A DNA stretch of 64,000 nt from Acidimicrobiaceae bacterium (GCA_003162475.1 PMOI01000012.1:30380-94379); one strand, 5' to 3'; shown: positions 51,154 to 62,649, counted from the stretch's first letter. Numbers and translations are program-made. Notes: a model not told the origin generated them from the sequence alone.

Positions 51154-53331
51154 CTACTCGGTCGCCTCGACGGCGACGTGGGGAACCAATCGATCCAACC
51201 AGCGTGGCATCCACCAGTTCGCCTTGCCGATGTAGTGCATCAGCGCTGGTACGAGAACGGTTCGGATCACGAAGGCGTCAATCAAGACCGCACCCCCGAG
51301 GCCAATGCCGAACTCGGCGATGACCCGTTGTCCTCCGATGGCGAAGGAGAGAAAGACACAGATCATGACGAGCGCCGCCGCGGAGATGACGCGACCGGTG
51401 TTGGCCTGACCACGGATGATGGCCTCTTCGTTGTCCTTGGTGTTCAACCACTCCTCGTGCATTCGTGAGACCAAGAAGACCTGGTAGTCCATCGACAATC
51501 CAAAGAGGATCGCGATCATGATGATCGGTAAGAAGGACTCCACGGGCCCGGTGCCCGCGCCAAGCAGCGAGCTTCCCCAACCCCACTGAAAGACCGCGAC
51601 GACGAGACCAAACGACGCGCCGACCGCGAGCAGGTTCATGAACGCCGCCACGACGGGCACGAGGACGCTTCGAAAGGCGACCATGAGGAGGAGACAGCCC
51701 AAGAGCACGATGACGCCGACGAAGAGGGGGAGCTTGCTCGTCAAGACCGCGGCGAAGTCCACGAAGATGGCCGTGATACCGCCGACGAAGATCGCGGTGT
51801 GCGACGTCGTCGTTGCTGCCGGAATGTACTTCGTTCGTATCGTCGAGATGAGGGCGGCGGTCTTCGCGTCTTGGGGGCTGGTCGTCGGGATGACGTTGAT
51901 GATGCCGACGGTGCCCTTCGGATTCGTGATGAGGGGCTCGACGGCGGCGATGCCGGGCTTACTCTTCAATGAGGCGTCGAGGTTCTCCATCGCCGTCTTG
52001 TCGTTGGCGTTGGTGATAGCGCCCACGATGGTGAGGGGACCGTTGAAGCCCGGTCCGAATCCCTGCGCCAAGAGGTCGTAGGCCTGGCGTGTGGTCGAGT
52101 TCGCGGGGTCCGATCCCTGGTCGGAACTGCCGAGGTGGAGCGAGAAGAAGGGGATGATGAAAGTGATGATGATCGCGAGCGCCGCCACCGTAAGCACCCG
52201 TGGGTGACGCGAGACGAACTGCGACCATCGCTGCCACGGACCACTGACGACGATCGGTCCCGGACCGTTTTGGTCGAGGGACCTCCGTTCCTTTCGACTG
52301 AGGACGCGCTTCTTCTGAAAGGCCAAGAGCGACGGTAAGAGCGACACCGAAGCGAGCATGGTGATCAAGACAGTCAGCGACGCCGAGACCGCGACACCGT
52401 TCAAGAACGACAGACCGAGGATCAACATACCGAGGAGGGCAATGCAGACGGTCGAGCCCGCGAACAGTACGGCGCGGCCTGAAGTGTTGAGCGCCGTCGT
52501 CACCGCCTCTTCGACGCTGGCGCCACGTTTCAGTTCCTGGCGCGAGCGCGTGACGATGAAGAGCGCGTAGTCGATCCCGACGCCGAGGCCAATGAGCGAG
52601 CCCAGGATCGGGGCGAACTGCGCGATGGCCAGGACGTGACTGAGCAGGATGCCCCCCGCGAGCGCGATGCCGAGGGCGAAGAGGGCCACGCCGAGAGGTA
52701 GGAGCATGGCGAAGAACGACCCGAAGGCCAAGACCAACACGATGGCCGTCGCGATGAGACCGAAGGCCTCGAAGGGGCTGCCCTTGGTCGAGTTCAGATC
52801 ACCGAATGCGTTGCCGCCGAATTGCACGTTGAGCGACCCCGATCGAATCGTTGAGGCTACCGTTTGCACAGCCTTGATCTGAGGGCTCGTCAGATGATTC
52901 GCGGACTTCGTGAAGTGCACGACCGCGTACGCGATAGTGCCGTCCTTCGAGACTTGGACCGATCCCAGACACGTGCCGCTGGGCAGCGTCTCGCTCGCGG
53001 CGAACGTGCCGGTACAAAACGGCGAGGTGACGGTGCCGACTTCGTGAAGTTTCTCGACTTTCTTCAACATCGCCTGGATGGTCGACTGGTGTGACGAGAC
53101 CGAGCCGCCCTTTGACTGAAAGACGATCTGGTCGGCGTCACCGGACTGGGTAGGGAAGCCTTTTGTTAGGAGCGATTCGGCGTGGGTGGAGTTGGTGCCG
53201 GGAAGGCTGAAGGCGTTCGAGTACGCCGAACCGAGCGACTGGGAGACGACGTTGATGACGATGAAAAGTGCGATCCACGCGAAAAGGACGTACCAGCGAT
53301 GGCGAACACAGAAGCGAGCAAGGGATTTCAA
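51154..53331 (-). CDS. MMPL family (RND) transporter
   Basis: GLGVGIDYALFI..R, GRAVLFAG, LFGLSMDYQVFLVSRMHEE, RTVLVPA; TTG start. Confidence 0.96.
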   Translation of the reverse strand: MKSLARFCVRHRWYVLFAWIALFIVINVVSQSLGSAYSNAFSLPGTNSTHAESLLTKGFPTQSGDADQIVFQSKGGSVSSHQSTIQAMLKKVEKLHEVGTVTSPFCTGTFAASETLPSGTCLGSVQVSKDGTIAYAVVHFTKSANHLTSPQIKAVQTVASTIRSGSLNVQFGGNAFGDLNSTKGSPFEAFGLIATAIVLVLAFGSFFAMLLPLGVALFALGIALAGGILLSHVLAIAQFAPILGSLIGLGVGIDYALFIVTRSRQELKRGASVEEAVTTALNTSGRAVLFAGSTVCIALLGMLILGLSFLNGVAVSASLTVLITMLASVSLLPSLLAFQKKRVLSRKERRSLDQNGPGPIVVSGPWQRWSQFVSRHPRVLTVAALAIIITFIIPFFSLHLGSSDQGSDPANSTTRQAYDLLAQGFGPGFNGPLTIVGAITNANDKTAMENLDASLKSKPGIAAVEPLITNPKGTVGIINVIPTTSPQDAKTAALISTIRTKYIPAATTTSHTAIFVGGITAIFVDFAAVLTSKLPLFVGVIVLLGCLLLMVAFRSVLVPVVAAFMNLLAVGASFGLVVAVFQWGWGSSLLGAGTGPVESFLPIIMIAILFGLSMDYQVFLVSRMHEEWLNTKDNEEAIIRGQANTGRVISAAALVMICVFLSFAIGGQRVIAEFGIGLGGAVLIDAFVIRTVLVPALMHYIGKANWWMPRWLDRLVPHVAVEATE

Positions 53332-53411
53332 GGGGGAGTTCTCCAGGGGGAGTCGGGGGTCGTTTGTTACTTTTAGTACGTCAAACGCACCATAAGTGTA
53401 GAGGAAGAACG

Positions 53412-54194
53412 ATGACGCCTAATGGCGAACGACCCGAGCGATTCGTTGGTCATCATTTCCCTCAAATCATCCCCGATCCCGACGACGTCGCGCCCGGTGC
53501 CCTCGCGCCCTGGTCGTCACTTCCCGCGACGGGCCGATCCGGCTTCACGTTGCGTCTCGTGCAAGCGAGTCTCGAGCGCGAGCATCGCCTGTTAGCGACC
53601 GACCCATTTCCGGACGAACCCGAGGAACTCTCCTTCGTCGCCGACGCGACACCGGCGCCGACAACGAGTCGTTCGGCGGTGCTGGTGGCGCTCTTCGAAG
53701 AAGAAGGCGAGACGTCGCTCGTTCTCACCCGACGCGCACTCTCCATGCGACATCACGGTGGTGAGATCGCCCTACCTGGGGGTCGAAGTGAAGACGCGGA
53801 GACTCCCGTCGAGACCGCGCTTCGAGAGGCAAGAGAGGAGATCGGACTCGATCCCCAGACGATTACACCCCTCGCCTGGCTGAGCCCGATCGTCAGCTTC
53901 GCGTCGCGTTCGTCGATCTGGCCGGTGGTCGGACTCTTGGAAGGGCGTCCCGAGTTCACGATCGACCCGGCCGAGGTCGATCGCGCCTTCACCGTGACGC
54001 TGGCAGAACTGGTCGCGGACGACGCCTTCGTTGAAGAGCGCTGGCGCCGAACCCTCCTTCGCCCCGGTGCCGACGCCGATGGCTACTTCCCGATCCACTT
54101 TTACAAGGTGCCCGGTGACGTCGTCTGGGGAGCGACGGCGCGCGTCTTGAGCGAACTGCTCAGTCTCGTCACCGGGGTCCCCTGGTCGGCGTAA
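53412..54194 (+). CDS. Nudix hydrolase, CoA pyrophosphatase (NudL/PCD1-like)
   Basis: SAVLV, LTRR...H.GEIALPGG, TALREAREEIG, VWGATA. Confidence 0.92.
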   Translation: MTPNGERPERFVGHHFPQIIPDPDDVAPGALAPWSSLPATGRSGFTLRLVQASLEREHRLLATDPFPDEPEELSFVADATPAPTTSRSAVLVALFEEEGETSLVLTRRALSMRHHGGEIALPGGRSEDAETPVETALREAREEIGLDPQTITPLAWLSPIVSFASRSSIWPVVGLLEGRPEFTIDPAEVDRAFTVTLAELVADDAFVEERWRRTLLRPGADADGYFPIHFYKVPGDVVWGATARVLSELLSLVTGVPWSA

Positions 54195-54274
54195 CGGGGA
54201 CTGAGGTGACGAGCGTCCTAGTAGATTGGTAGAAACGCTCACTCAATTTGGGGTGTTTTCTATCGGAGGACTTC

Positions 54275-55438
54275 ATGGCGGAAGTTGAGATCGGCATCTT
54301 CAAATCGGCGCGTCAGGCTTACGGCTTTGACGACATCGCGATCGTGCCCTCGCGGCGCACCCGCGACCCCGAAGACGTCGACATCTCGTGGCAGATCGAC
54401 GCGTACAAGTTCGAACTTCCCGTGCTTGGTTCCGCGATGGACGGTGCCATCTCACCACTCACCGCCGTCGAGCTCGGACGCCTCGGTGGACTAGGTGTCT
54501 TGAACCTCGAGGGTCTGTGGACCCGTTACGAGGACCCGATGCCGCTCTTTGAAGAGATCCGTGAACTCGACGACGATAAGGCCACCGCTCGTATGCAGCA
54601 GATGTACTTAGAGCCCATCAAGCTCGAACTCGTCGCCGAGCGCATCAAGCAGATGAAGGATGCCGGCATCACGACGTCGGCGTCGGTGACGCCCGCGCGA
54701 ACGTCGTGGATGTCCAAGACCATCGTCGACTCCGGACTCGACATCCTCGTCATCCAGGGCACCGTCGTCTCGGCCGAGCACGTCTCGAAGACGGCGGAAC
54801 CTCTCAACTTGAAGAAGTTCATTCGTGACTTCGAAGTGCCCGTCATCGTGGGCGGCTGCGCGAGCTACCAAGCGGCGCTGCACCTCATGCGCACCGGAGC
54901 CGCCGGCGTCCTCGTCGGCGTCGGACCCGGCAACGCCTGCACGTCGCGAGCCGTACTCGGTATTGGCGTACCCCAGGCGACGGCTATCGCTGACGTCGCG
55001 GGCGCGCGAATGCGTCACCTCGACGAGACCGGCGTCTACGTCCACGTCATCGCCGACGGCGGCATGAGCAAGGGCGGCGATATCGCCAAGGCCATCGCGT
55101 GCGGCGCCGACGCCGTCATGGTCGGATCGCCACTCACCAGCGCGGTCGAAGCGCCGGCGCGTGGTTTCCACTGGGGCATGGCGACCTTTCACCCCACGTT
55201 GCCGCGTGGCACGCGCGTGCGCACCCAGGTGCGCGGCACGCTGAAGGAGATCCTCCTCGGACCAGCGCACGAGAACGACGGACGACTGAACCTTTTCGGT
55301 GCCCTTCGCACGTCGATGGCGACGTGTGGGTACGAGACCTTGAAAGAGTTCCAAAAGGCCGAAATCATGTTGGCGCCCTCACTCCAGACCGAAGGTAAGC
55401 AGATGCAGCGCTCCCAGGGCGTGGGCATGGGACATTGA
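54275..55438 (+). CDS. guaB3: GuaB3-family IMP dehydrogenase-related protein
   Basis: [46 protein letters not shown]; no CBS domains. Confidence 0.93.
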   Translation: MAEVEIGIFKSARQAYGFDDIAIVPSRRTRDPEDVDISWQIDAYKFELPVLGSAMDGAISPLTAVELGRLGGLGVLNLEGLWTRYEDPMPLFEEIRELDDDKATARMQQMYLEPIKLELVAERIKQMKDAGITTSASVTPARTSWMSKTIVDSGLDILVIQGTVVSAEHVSKTAEPLNLKKFIRDFEVPVIVGGCASYQAALHLMRTGAAGVLVGVGPGNACTSRAVLGIGVPQATAIADVAGARMRHLDETGVYVHVIADGGMSKGGDIAKAIACGADAVMVGSPLTSAVEAPARGFHWGMATFHPTLPRGTRVRTQVRGTLKEILLGPAHENDGRLNLFGALRTSMATCGYETLKEFQKAEIMLAPSLQTEGKQMQRSQGVGMGH

Positions 55439-56976
55439 ACGACACCGTTCTCGTCGTCGACTTTGGCGCGCAGTACGCCCAACTGATTGCCCGCCGGGTC
55501 CGCGAGGCGCACGTTTTCTCCGAGATCGTGCCGAGCACGATCAGCGCCGCCGAGGTTCGAAAGAAGTCGCCGGGCGCCATCATTCTCTCCGGTGGTCCGA
55601 AGTCGGTCTACGCCGTGCCGGCGCCGACACTCGACCCCGCAATCTACGACCTCGGGATTCCGATCCTGGGCATCTGTTACGGCGCGCAACTCATGGCCCA
55701 ACAGCTCGGCGGCGACGTCGCCAACACGGGCGTGGGTGAGTACGGTCGCACGACCCTGACTCGACACGGACCCACCGTGCTGATGACGAGTTGGCCCGAA
55801 ACGACGACGACGTGGATGAGCCACGGTGACGCCATCGCGAGAGCACCCGAGGGCTTCGTCGTCACGGGCTCGACGCCCGAGGCGCCCGTGGCCGTGATGG
55901 AGGACGTGGTGCGTCGACTGCACGCCGTGCAGTTCCATCCCGAAGTCGCGCACACCGAGCACGGACAGGACCTGCTGGTGAACTTCTTGCACCACGTGGC
56001 GGTGATCCCTCCGACATGGACGAACTCGTCGATCATCGAAGATCAGGTCGCGGCGATCCGACGACAGGTCGGGTCGGAGAAAGTACTCTGCGCACTTTCT
56101 GGCGGCGTCGACTCGGCCGTCGCCGCGGCGCTCGTCACCAAGGCTGTGGGCGCGCAGTTGACCTGTGTGTTCGTCGACACCGGGCTCATGCGAAAGAACG
56201 AGGGAGACCAGATCGAAGAGACGTTCACTCGTCAGTTCGGCGTCGATCTCGTCCACGTCAAGGCTCAGGACCGGTTCTTCAGTGCGCTCGCGGGCGTGAC
56301 CGACCCCGAGACCAAGCGCAAGATCATCGGCGAACTCTTCATCCGAGAGTTCGAGGAGGTCGCGCGCGACCTCGCCAAGGACGGTGACGGTCCTCGGTTT
56401 CTCGTCCAGGGAACGCTCTATCCCGACGTCATCGAATCGGGCTCGGGACACGCCGCGAACATCAAGAGCCATCACAACGTCGGCGGCCTTCCGGAGGATC
56501 TCTCCTTCGAACTCGTCGAACCCCTTCGTACCCTCTTCAAGGATGAAGTGCGCCGTGTCGGTGAGGAGTTGGGACTGCCGAGCGAGATCGTCTGGCGTCA
56601 ACCGTTTCCCGGTCCCGGACTGGGCGTGCGCATCATCGGTGAAGTGACGCGTGAGCGCGCGGAGATTCTACGAAACGCTGACCACGTGGTCGTTGACGAG
56701 ATCAAAAAGGCCGGTCTCTATCGCGAACTCTGGCAGAGTTTCGCGGTGTTACCCGCCGTGCGTACTGTGGGCGTTATGGGAGATGGACGAACGTACGCGT
56801 ACCCCATCATCATCCGTGCGGTCACGAGCGACGACGCCATGACCGCCGATTGGGCCCGGCTGCCCTACGAGGTGATTGAGTCGATCGCGAACCGCTTGAT
56901 CCGTGAGGTCGAGGGCGTCAATCGCGTCGCGCTCGACGTCACGAGCAAGCCACCAGGCACCATTGAGTGGGAGTGA
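55435..56976 (+). CDS. guaA: GMP synthase (glutamine-hydrolysing)
   Basis: [43 protein letters not shown]. Confidence 0.99.
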   Translation: MNDTVLVVDFGAQYAQLIARRVREAHVFSEIVPSTISAAEVRKKSPGAIILSGGPKSVYAVPAPTLDPAIYDLGIPILGICYGAQLMAQQLGGDVANTGVGEYGRTTLTRHGPTVLMTSWPETTTTWMSHGDAIARAPEGFVVTGSTPEAPVAVMEDVVRRLHAVQFHPEVAHTEHGQDLLVNFLHHVAVIPPTWTNSSIIEDQVAAIRRQVGSEKVLCALSGGVDSAVAAALVTKAVGAQLTCVFVDTGLMRKNEGDQIEETFTRQFGVDLVHVKAQDRFFSALAGVTDPETKRKIIGELFIREFEEVARDLAKDGDGPRFLVQGTLYPDVIESGSGHAANIKSHHNVGGLPEDLSFELVEPLRTLFKDEVRRVGEELGLPSEIVWRQPFPGPGLGVRIIGEVTRERAEILRNADHVVVDEIKKAGLYRELWQSFAVLPAVRTVGVMGDGRTYAYPIIIRAVTSDDAMTADWARLPYEVIESIANRLIREVEGVNRVALDVTSKPPGTIEWE

Positions 56977-59249
56977 CGCGCGGCTCGTTCTCTGACGAGT
57001 CGCTGTGGGACAACGTTGCCGCCGATTCGCTGACTCGGCTCGACCCCGCGTCGCTACTCGAAGGTCTCACGTTGCCCCAAAGCGAAGCGGTGACGCAACG
57101 CGGCGGCCCACTCCTCGTCATCGCCGGCGCCGGTTCGGGTAAGACGCGCGTTCTGACCCGGCGAATCGCACACCTGCTCGCCACCGGCGACGCGCGGCCC
57201 TTCGAGATCATGGCCATCACGTTCACCAACAAGGCCGCCGACGAAATGCGTCGTCGCGTTGTCGACCTCGTTGGTGGCGAAGCCGATCGAATGTGGGTCT
57301 CGACGTTTCACTCGGCCTGTCTACGGATGCTTCGAGCGCACGCCGAAGTGCTCGGTTACGAGCGGGGCTTCACTATCTACGACGCCGGAGACGCCGAGAC
57401 GGCCGTCGAGCGCATCATGAAGGAACTCAACCTCGACACCAAGCGTCTTCCTCCGCGCAGCGTCTCGGCCGCGATCTCGGCGGCGAAGAATGAGATGCTC
57501 TCGCCCGACGCCTACTTCGACACCTACGGCGACGACCCTCAGCGTCGACGCATCTCCGAGATCTACCAGCTCTACGCGAAGCGACTTCGCGTCGCCAACG
57601 CCATGGACTTCGACGACCTCTTGGTGAACGCGGTGCTAATGATGAAGACGGACCAGCACGTCCTTCGCTCGTACCAAGAGCGCTTCAAGTACCTCTTGGT
57701 GGACGAGTTTCAAGACACCAACGGGGTGCAGAACGAACTGGTCATGATGCTCGCCGCCGAGCATCGCAACCTCTGCGTGGTGGGCGACTCGGATCAGTCG
57801 ATTTACCGCTTTCGCGCGGCTGACGTTCGCAACATCTTGCAGTTCGAGCTTCGCTTTCCCGACGCGCGGGTCATCCTGCTCGAACAGAACTTTCGCTCCA
57901 CGCAGACGATCCTCGACGCCGCGAACGCCGTCATCGCTAGGAACGCGAGCCGGCACGCGAAGAACCTGTTCACCGACGGTGACGAGGGCGAGAAGATCCT
58001 CCTCTACCGGGCGGGCGACGAGTACGACGAGGGCCGCTGGGTGGCGAGCGAACTTCGCCGACTGCGTAGTGAACACGGTCTGGGTTGGAACGATCTGGCG
58101 GTCTTCTATCGAACCAACGCGCAAAGTCGGGTCTTGGAAGAGGAGATGCTTCGCGCGAACGTGCCGTATCGCGTTGTCTCGGGCATGCGCTTCTACGATC
58201 GCAAGGAGATCAAGAACGCACTCGCCTACGCGAGGCTTCTCGTCAATCCCAGAGACGAGGCCTCCGCCCGACGAGTGATCAACGAGCCCAAGCGCGGGGT
58301 GGGCGAAGCGGCGCAGGCCAAACTCGGCGCCTACGCCGCCGAGCACGGACTCTCGTTCGCCGAAGCGGCGCACTACGGCGCGGCCGCGGGTCTGAGCGGG
58401 CGAGCGCTCGCGGGCACGGCGAAGTTCTCCTTCATGCTCGACGAACTGAGGGCTCTGTCGAACGATCTCAGTCCGAGGGAGTTGATCGACGCGATCGTCC
58501 GTGAGTCGGGCATGGGCGACGCGCTGCGCGCCGAGGACACCGACGAGGCGTACTCGAGACTGGAGAACCTCGGTGAACTCGCGTCAGCCGCTGCGCAGTA
58601 CGACACGTTGCTCGACTTCGTCGAACGCATGGCGCTCGTCGCGGACTCCGATCAACTCGGCAGCGGAGAGGGGGCCATCTCACTGATGACCTTGCACGTC
58701 GCGAAGGGTCTCGAGTTTCCCGGCGTCGTAGTCACTGGTCTCGAAGAGACGGTCTTTCCCCATCGTCGCGCGCTCTCCGACGACGCCGAACTCGAAGAGG
58801 AACGTCGACTCTTCTACGTCGGGGTCACGCGCGCCATGCGTTACTTGATCTTGACCCACGCCTGGAGTCGCACGATGTGGGGCCAACGTCTCGAAGCCAT
58901 TGCCAGTCGGTTCCTCCAGGAGATACCGTCGGAACTCGTGACCGATCTCTCCTCCACGTTGCCCACGCGGCGCTCGAGTTTCTCCCTCGAGGACGACGGT
59001 TTCGTCGGTCGCAGCACCGACTTCACCCAGGGGCGGGCCTTCGGCACGGGCGCCGCGCCACCGGTTCGCTCCACGGGCGCCGAAAAGTTGGGCTTGGTGG
59101 TGGGCGAGCGCGTCGTGCACGACCGTTTTGGGCCGGGAGTGGTGGTTCGCGTCGAAGGCGAAGGCTCGCACGCGCGCGCCGCGGTGAACTTCGATGAGCA
59201 CGGTACGAAACACCTCGTGCTCGCTATGACACCATTGCATCGTGCCTAA
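56973..59249 (+). CDS. pcrA: UvrD/PcrA family DNA helicase
   Basis: [46 protein letters not shown]-terminal Tudor-like domain; start at the GTGA overlap with guaA. Confidence 0.97.
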   Translation: MTRGSFSDESLWDNVAADSLTRLDPASLLEGLTLPQSEAVTQRGGPLLVIAGAGSGKTRVLTRRIAHLLATGDARPFEIMAITFTNKAADEMRRRVVDLVGGEADRMWVSTFHSACLRMLRAHAEVLGYERGFTIYDAGDAETAVERIMKELNLDTKRLPPRSVSAAISAAKNEMLSPDAYFDTYGDDPQRRRISEIYQLYAKRLRVANAMDFDDLLVNAVLMMKTDQHVLRSYQERFKYLLVDEFQDTNGVQNELVMMLAAEHRNLCVVGDSDQSIYRFRAADVRNILQFELRFPDARVILLEQNFRSTQTILDAANAVIARNASRHAKNLFTDGDEGEKILLYRAGDEYDEGRWVASELRRLRSEHGLGWNDLAVFYRTNAQSRVLEEEMLRANVPYRVVSGMRFYDRKEIKNALAYARLLVNPRDEASARRVINEPKRGVGEAAQAKLGAYAAEHGLSFAEAAHYGAAAGLSGRALAGTAKFSFMLDELRALSNDLSPRELIDAIVRESGMGDALRAEDTDEAYSRLENLGELASAAAQYDTLLDFVERMALVADSDQLGSGEGAISLMTLHVAKGLEFPGVVVTGLEETVFPHRRALSDDAELEEERRLFYVGVTRAMRYLILTHAWSRTMWGQRLEAIASRFLQEIPSELVTDLSSTLPTRRSSFSLEDDGFVGRSTDFTQGRAFGTGAAPPVRSTGAEKLGLVVGERVVHDRFGPGVVVRVEGEGSHARAAVNFDEHGTKHLVLAMTPLHRA

Positions 59250-59315
59250 ATCGTTCGTAAGAATATATTGGCCCCCCGAATGACTCCGTCACCCTTGGTG
59301 CGAGAATGGGAGACC

Positions 59316-60536
59316 ATGAACTCACCGAGGCACGCGTATCGCCCACCGGTCGCGCCCAAGAATCGCCGCTACTCCGCCTTCGTCTACTGGCGACGTCGCT
59401 TCATGGTGGCCCTTCTGGTCGCGACGGTCGTCATCGTCGGGTACCTCGGGATAACTCTCGGCTTCGCCCTCGTGAACCCCTCCTACGGCGTCTCGATGCA
59501 GGCCCGTTTTGCGGAGTGGGGTCGTCAACACGGGCTCGGCCCCGAAGTGACCTGGGTCGAGACCGAGTACTACAAGTTGCATCCGGCCAAAGTGGGCGGC
59601 GCGCCACCGCTGACCGCCTTCGGTTCGGGCGCCACCGCCGTCAAGGTTGCCGCCGGGGGTCACCTCGCAGCACCCAAGACCATCCCGTCGCCCGCGGCCA
59701 AGCCACTGCCGGGCGAGGGCGTGTGGCACGTCGCGGGGCGCGAGACCGCCTCGGGCGTGCCAACGATGTACGAAGCGTTCGTGCGACCCGACGCCGTGCA
59801 CACGAGTTACGTCGTTGGTGTCGTGTGGATGGACCCCACGTTGTTGCAAGCACAGCTCTACTCGGGCTCGTCCATTCCCGGCGGCGGACCCTACCCCTAC
59901 ACCGCGCCGATCACGGCCAAGAGTTCTGAGAACCTGGTCGCCGCTTTCAACGCGGGCTTCCTCATGCCCGACGCGAACGGGGGGTACTACACCGACGGCC
60001 GCACCATCCTCCCGCTGCGTAAGGGTGCGGCCTCGGTCGTCGTCTTCAAGGACGGGACCATGACCGTGGCGAAGTGGGGGACTGACGTGTCGATGTCGAG
60101 TCAGGTGGCGTCGGTGCGACAAAATCTCGACCTCATCGTGCAAAACGCCAAGCCCGTGCCGGGCCTCACCAACGCCAACGTCATGCACTGGGGCAAGACC
60201 CTCGGGGGCGGCTTCAACGTCTGGCGATCGGGTCTAGGCGTCACCAAGGACGGAGCCCTGATCTACGTCGGCGGACCGAGCCTGTCGATCTCGGACCTCG
60301 CGAACGTCCTGGTCCGTGCCGGCGCGGTGCGGGCCATGGAACTCGACATCAACACCGACTGGGTCCAGTTCTCCTCCTTCGCGGGTCCCCTCAACACGCC
60401 CATCAACGGAGGTAACGGCACCAGCCTCGAGATTGCCATGGCCGGCACGCCGTCGCGCTACTTCGCTACGTGGTGGACGCGCGACTTCTACACGATGACG
60501 TTGCGCGCGAAAGCGACGACGTCGTCCGCTGGTTGA
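59316..60536 (+). CDS. Membrane-anchored phosphodiester glycosidase (NAGPA/DUF2233)-like protein
   Basis: Single N-terminal TM; AAFNAGF, WRSGLGVT.DG, A..AMELD; start uncertain (59268 or 59316). Confidence 0.65.
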   Translation: MNSPRHAYRPPVAPKNRRYSAFVYWRRRFMVALLVATVVIVGYLGITLGFALVNPSYGVSMQARFAEWGRQHGLGPEVTWVETEYYKLHPAKVGGAPPLTAFGSGATAVKVAAGGHLAAPKTIPSPAAKPLPGEGVWHVAGRETASGVPTMYEAFVRPDAVHTSYVVGVVWMDPTLLQAQLYSGSSIPGGGPYPYTAPITAKSSENLVAAFNAGFLMPDANGGYYTDGRTILPLRKGAASVVVFKDGTMTVAKWGTDVSMSSQVASVRQNLDLIVQNAKPVPGLTNANVMHWGKTLGGGFNVWRSGLGVTKDGALIYVGGPSLSISDLANVLVRAGAVRAMELDINTDWVQFSSFAGPLNTPINGGNGTSLEIAMAGTPSRYFATWWTRDFYTMTLRAKATTSSAG

Positions 60537-60544
60537 AGGCGAAA

Positions 60545-61312
60545 CTAGCGGTTGGTCACCTTGCGCCACAGGGGCGCCGGGAGGTGACGCAGGACGAAGA
60601 AGACGTAGCGCAGAAGTGGCGGACTCCAGATCACGTCGTCGTTGCTCGCCAGGCCGCGCATCACGTTCTCCGCCACCTCGTTCGCGCCAGTGGTGAAGGG
60701 TGGTTCGTCGGCCCCGACGGTCATCTTGGTACGCACGACGGCAGGTCGAAGGAGCTGCAACTTGACGCCCGTGCCCTCGAGGGACTGAGCGAGGCCGCTA
60801 CAGATCCGGTCTAATCCGGCCTTGGCGCCGGAGTAGAGGTAGGTGCTCTCACGGACTCGGACCGCGGCGGCCGAACTCATCACGAGAATCCGGCCACTTC
60901 CTTGGGCGACGAGACGCTGGCGAATCTCGGCGAGCGCGGCCACCGGCCAGGTGACGTTCACCGTTATCATCTCGGCCGACTTGGCGGCGCTCTCCTGGTC
61001 CTCGGCTTGAACCCCGAGCAGTCCCACCGCGATGATCACCAGATCGACCTGATCGGCGACCTTGTCGAAGGCCTCGGACACGGTGCGTTCGGCGTTCGAG
61101 GGGTCGTTCGCGTCGAAGAGCACGGTGTCGGTCTTGGTGGCGCCGTACTCCTGGGCCTCGAGCGCCGCGGCGTTGAGGAGTTCTTGGTTCCTTCCCGCGA
61201 GTATCACGGTGTGCGCGCGCGCCGCGCAAAGTTTCTTCGTGATGGCGCGCGCGATGTCCGAGCTGCCACCGAAGATGACGACGTTCTGCGGTTGACCAAA
61301 GGCGTTTTCCAT
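60545..61312 (-). CDS. dprE2: DprE2-like SDR (polyprenylphospho-2-keto-pentofuranose reductase)
   Basis: N-terminus NAFGQPQNVVIFGGSSDIA resembles M. tuberculosis DprE2; YSGAKAG (YxxxK); adjacent to dprE1. Confidence 0.85.
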   Translation of the reverse strand: MENAFGQPQNVVIFGGSSDIARAITKKLCAARAHTVILAGRNQELLNAAALEAQEYGATKTDTVLFDANDPSNAERTVSEAFDKVADQVDLVIIAVGLLGVQAEDQESAAKSAEMITVNVTWPVAALAEIRQRLVAQGSGRILVMSSAAAVRVRESTYLYSGAKAGLDRICSGLAQSLEGTGVKLQLLRPAVVRTKMTVGADEPPFTTGANEVAENVMRGLASNDDVIWSPPLLRYVFFVLRHLPAPLWRKVTNR

Positions 61313-61314
61313 AC

Positions 61315-62649
61315 TTACTTTCCTACTAGGTCGAGACGACGCGCGAGATCGCTCGTCAGTTGGTCGTTCGGATCGACGCGCGACTTCACCTTTCGAAACT
61401 CCTCGAGGCGGGGGTACATCGCGCGAACCTGGTCGGGCTTCAGTCGCGCGTCCTTGGCGAAGTAGACGCGCCCGGTCGCCGCCACGACCAACGCGTCGAG
61501 GTCGTCGAGTACGCCGGGAAGGGTGTCGCCGCCCACCGGCAGGTCGAGGGCCAACGTCCAACCCGAGAGCGGGAAGGACAGGGGCGAAGGGTTCCCCGGT
61601 CCGAAGCGCTTTAGGACCGCGAGAAAACTCGCGACGCGTGACTCCGAGAGCCGTTTGATCACGTCGACGACGGTGTCGCCCATGGCGTCGGGCACACAGA
61701 ACTGATACTGCACGAAGCCCCGCTTGCCGTAGAGGAGGTTCCAGTTCGCGACGCCGTCGAGGGGGTAGAAGAAGGACGATAGCGACTGGGTCTCATCGAG
61801 CTCGTGTCGAGGCGCGGAACGGAACCAGGCCTCGTTGAAGGCACGTACTGACCAACGGTTCAAGAGACCGCGCGGCGCCTCGAAGGGGATCGTCACTTTG
61901 GGCTTGCGCGGACCCTTCAGCGCGACTTTCTTCACGGCCTCAATCGTGGCGTGGTCACCGCGCGTCAAGATGGCGCGCCCCATGTGGGCACCACGGGTCA
62001 TGCAGTCAACCCAGGCAACTGAGTAGCGGTAGTCGGCGTCACCGGTCGCCATGGCGCTCATGACGCTCTCGAGATCGCCGTGTCGAGTGGTGTCGACGAG
62101 CATCTGGTTCGTTTCAATCGCCAGCATTTGGAGCGTCAGCGAGGTAACCACCCCGGTGAGGCCCATCGCGCCCATCGTGGCCCAGAAGAGTTCGGTGTCC
62201 TCGGTGCGCGACAGCGTGAAGGCGCCCTCGGGAGTGACCAGTCGCATCGAGAGGACGTGATTGGCTAGTGAACCGTCGACGTGATGGTTCTTGCCGTGCA
62301 CGTCGGCGGCGAGCGCGCCGCCCATGGTGACCTGACGCGTACCGGGCGTGACGGGGACGAACCAGCCCTGGGGGATTGCGACCGCGAGCAGTTCGTCGAA
62401 CGAGACGCCAGCCCCGAGCGTGACGACGCCCTCGTCGCTGATGGGCGAGATCGCGTCGAGTGCTCGATTGTCGAGCACGACGCCACCGCTGAGCTGCGCC
62501 GCGTCACCGTAGCTTCGTCCGAGCCCTCGCGCGATGAGTTGCTCGCCTGAGGCGAACTCGTTCAAGATCTCCTCTTCGTTACGGGGCGTTCGTAGGGTCA
62601 CCACCGACGCGTTGGTACGTCCCCAGCCCGACAGTGTCGTCGGACTCAC
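61315..62649 (-). CDS. dprE1: DprE1-like FAD oxidase
   Basis: LSGWGRT, ARGLGRSYGDAA, VTPGT, HGKNHH, LKRFG, LSFP..GW, YFAKD, SDLARRL. Confidence 0.93.
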   Translation of the reverse strand: MSPTTLSGWGRTNASVVTLRTPRNEEEILNEFASGEQLIARGLGRSYGDAAQLSGGVVLDNRALDAISPISDEGVVTLGAGVSFDELLAVAIPQGWFVPVTPGTRQVTMGGALAADVHGKNHHVDGSLANHVLSMRLVTPEGAFTLSRTEDTELFWATMGAMGLTGVVTSLTLQMLAIETNQMLVDTTRHGDLESVMSAMATGDADYRYSVAWVDCMTRGAHMGRAILTRGDHATIEAVKKVALKGPRKPKVTIPFEAPRGLLNRWSVRAFNEAWFRSAPRHELDETQSLSSFFYPLDGVANWNLLYGKRGFVQYQFCVPDAMGDTVVDVIKRLSESRVASFLAVLKRFGPGNPSPLSFPLSGWTLALDLPVGGDTLPGVLDDLDALVVAATGRVYFAKDARLKPDQVRAMYPRLEEFRKVKSRVDPNDQLTSDLARRLDLVGK

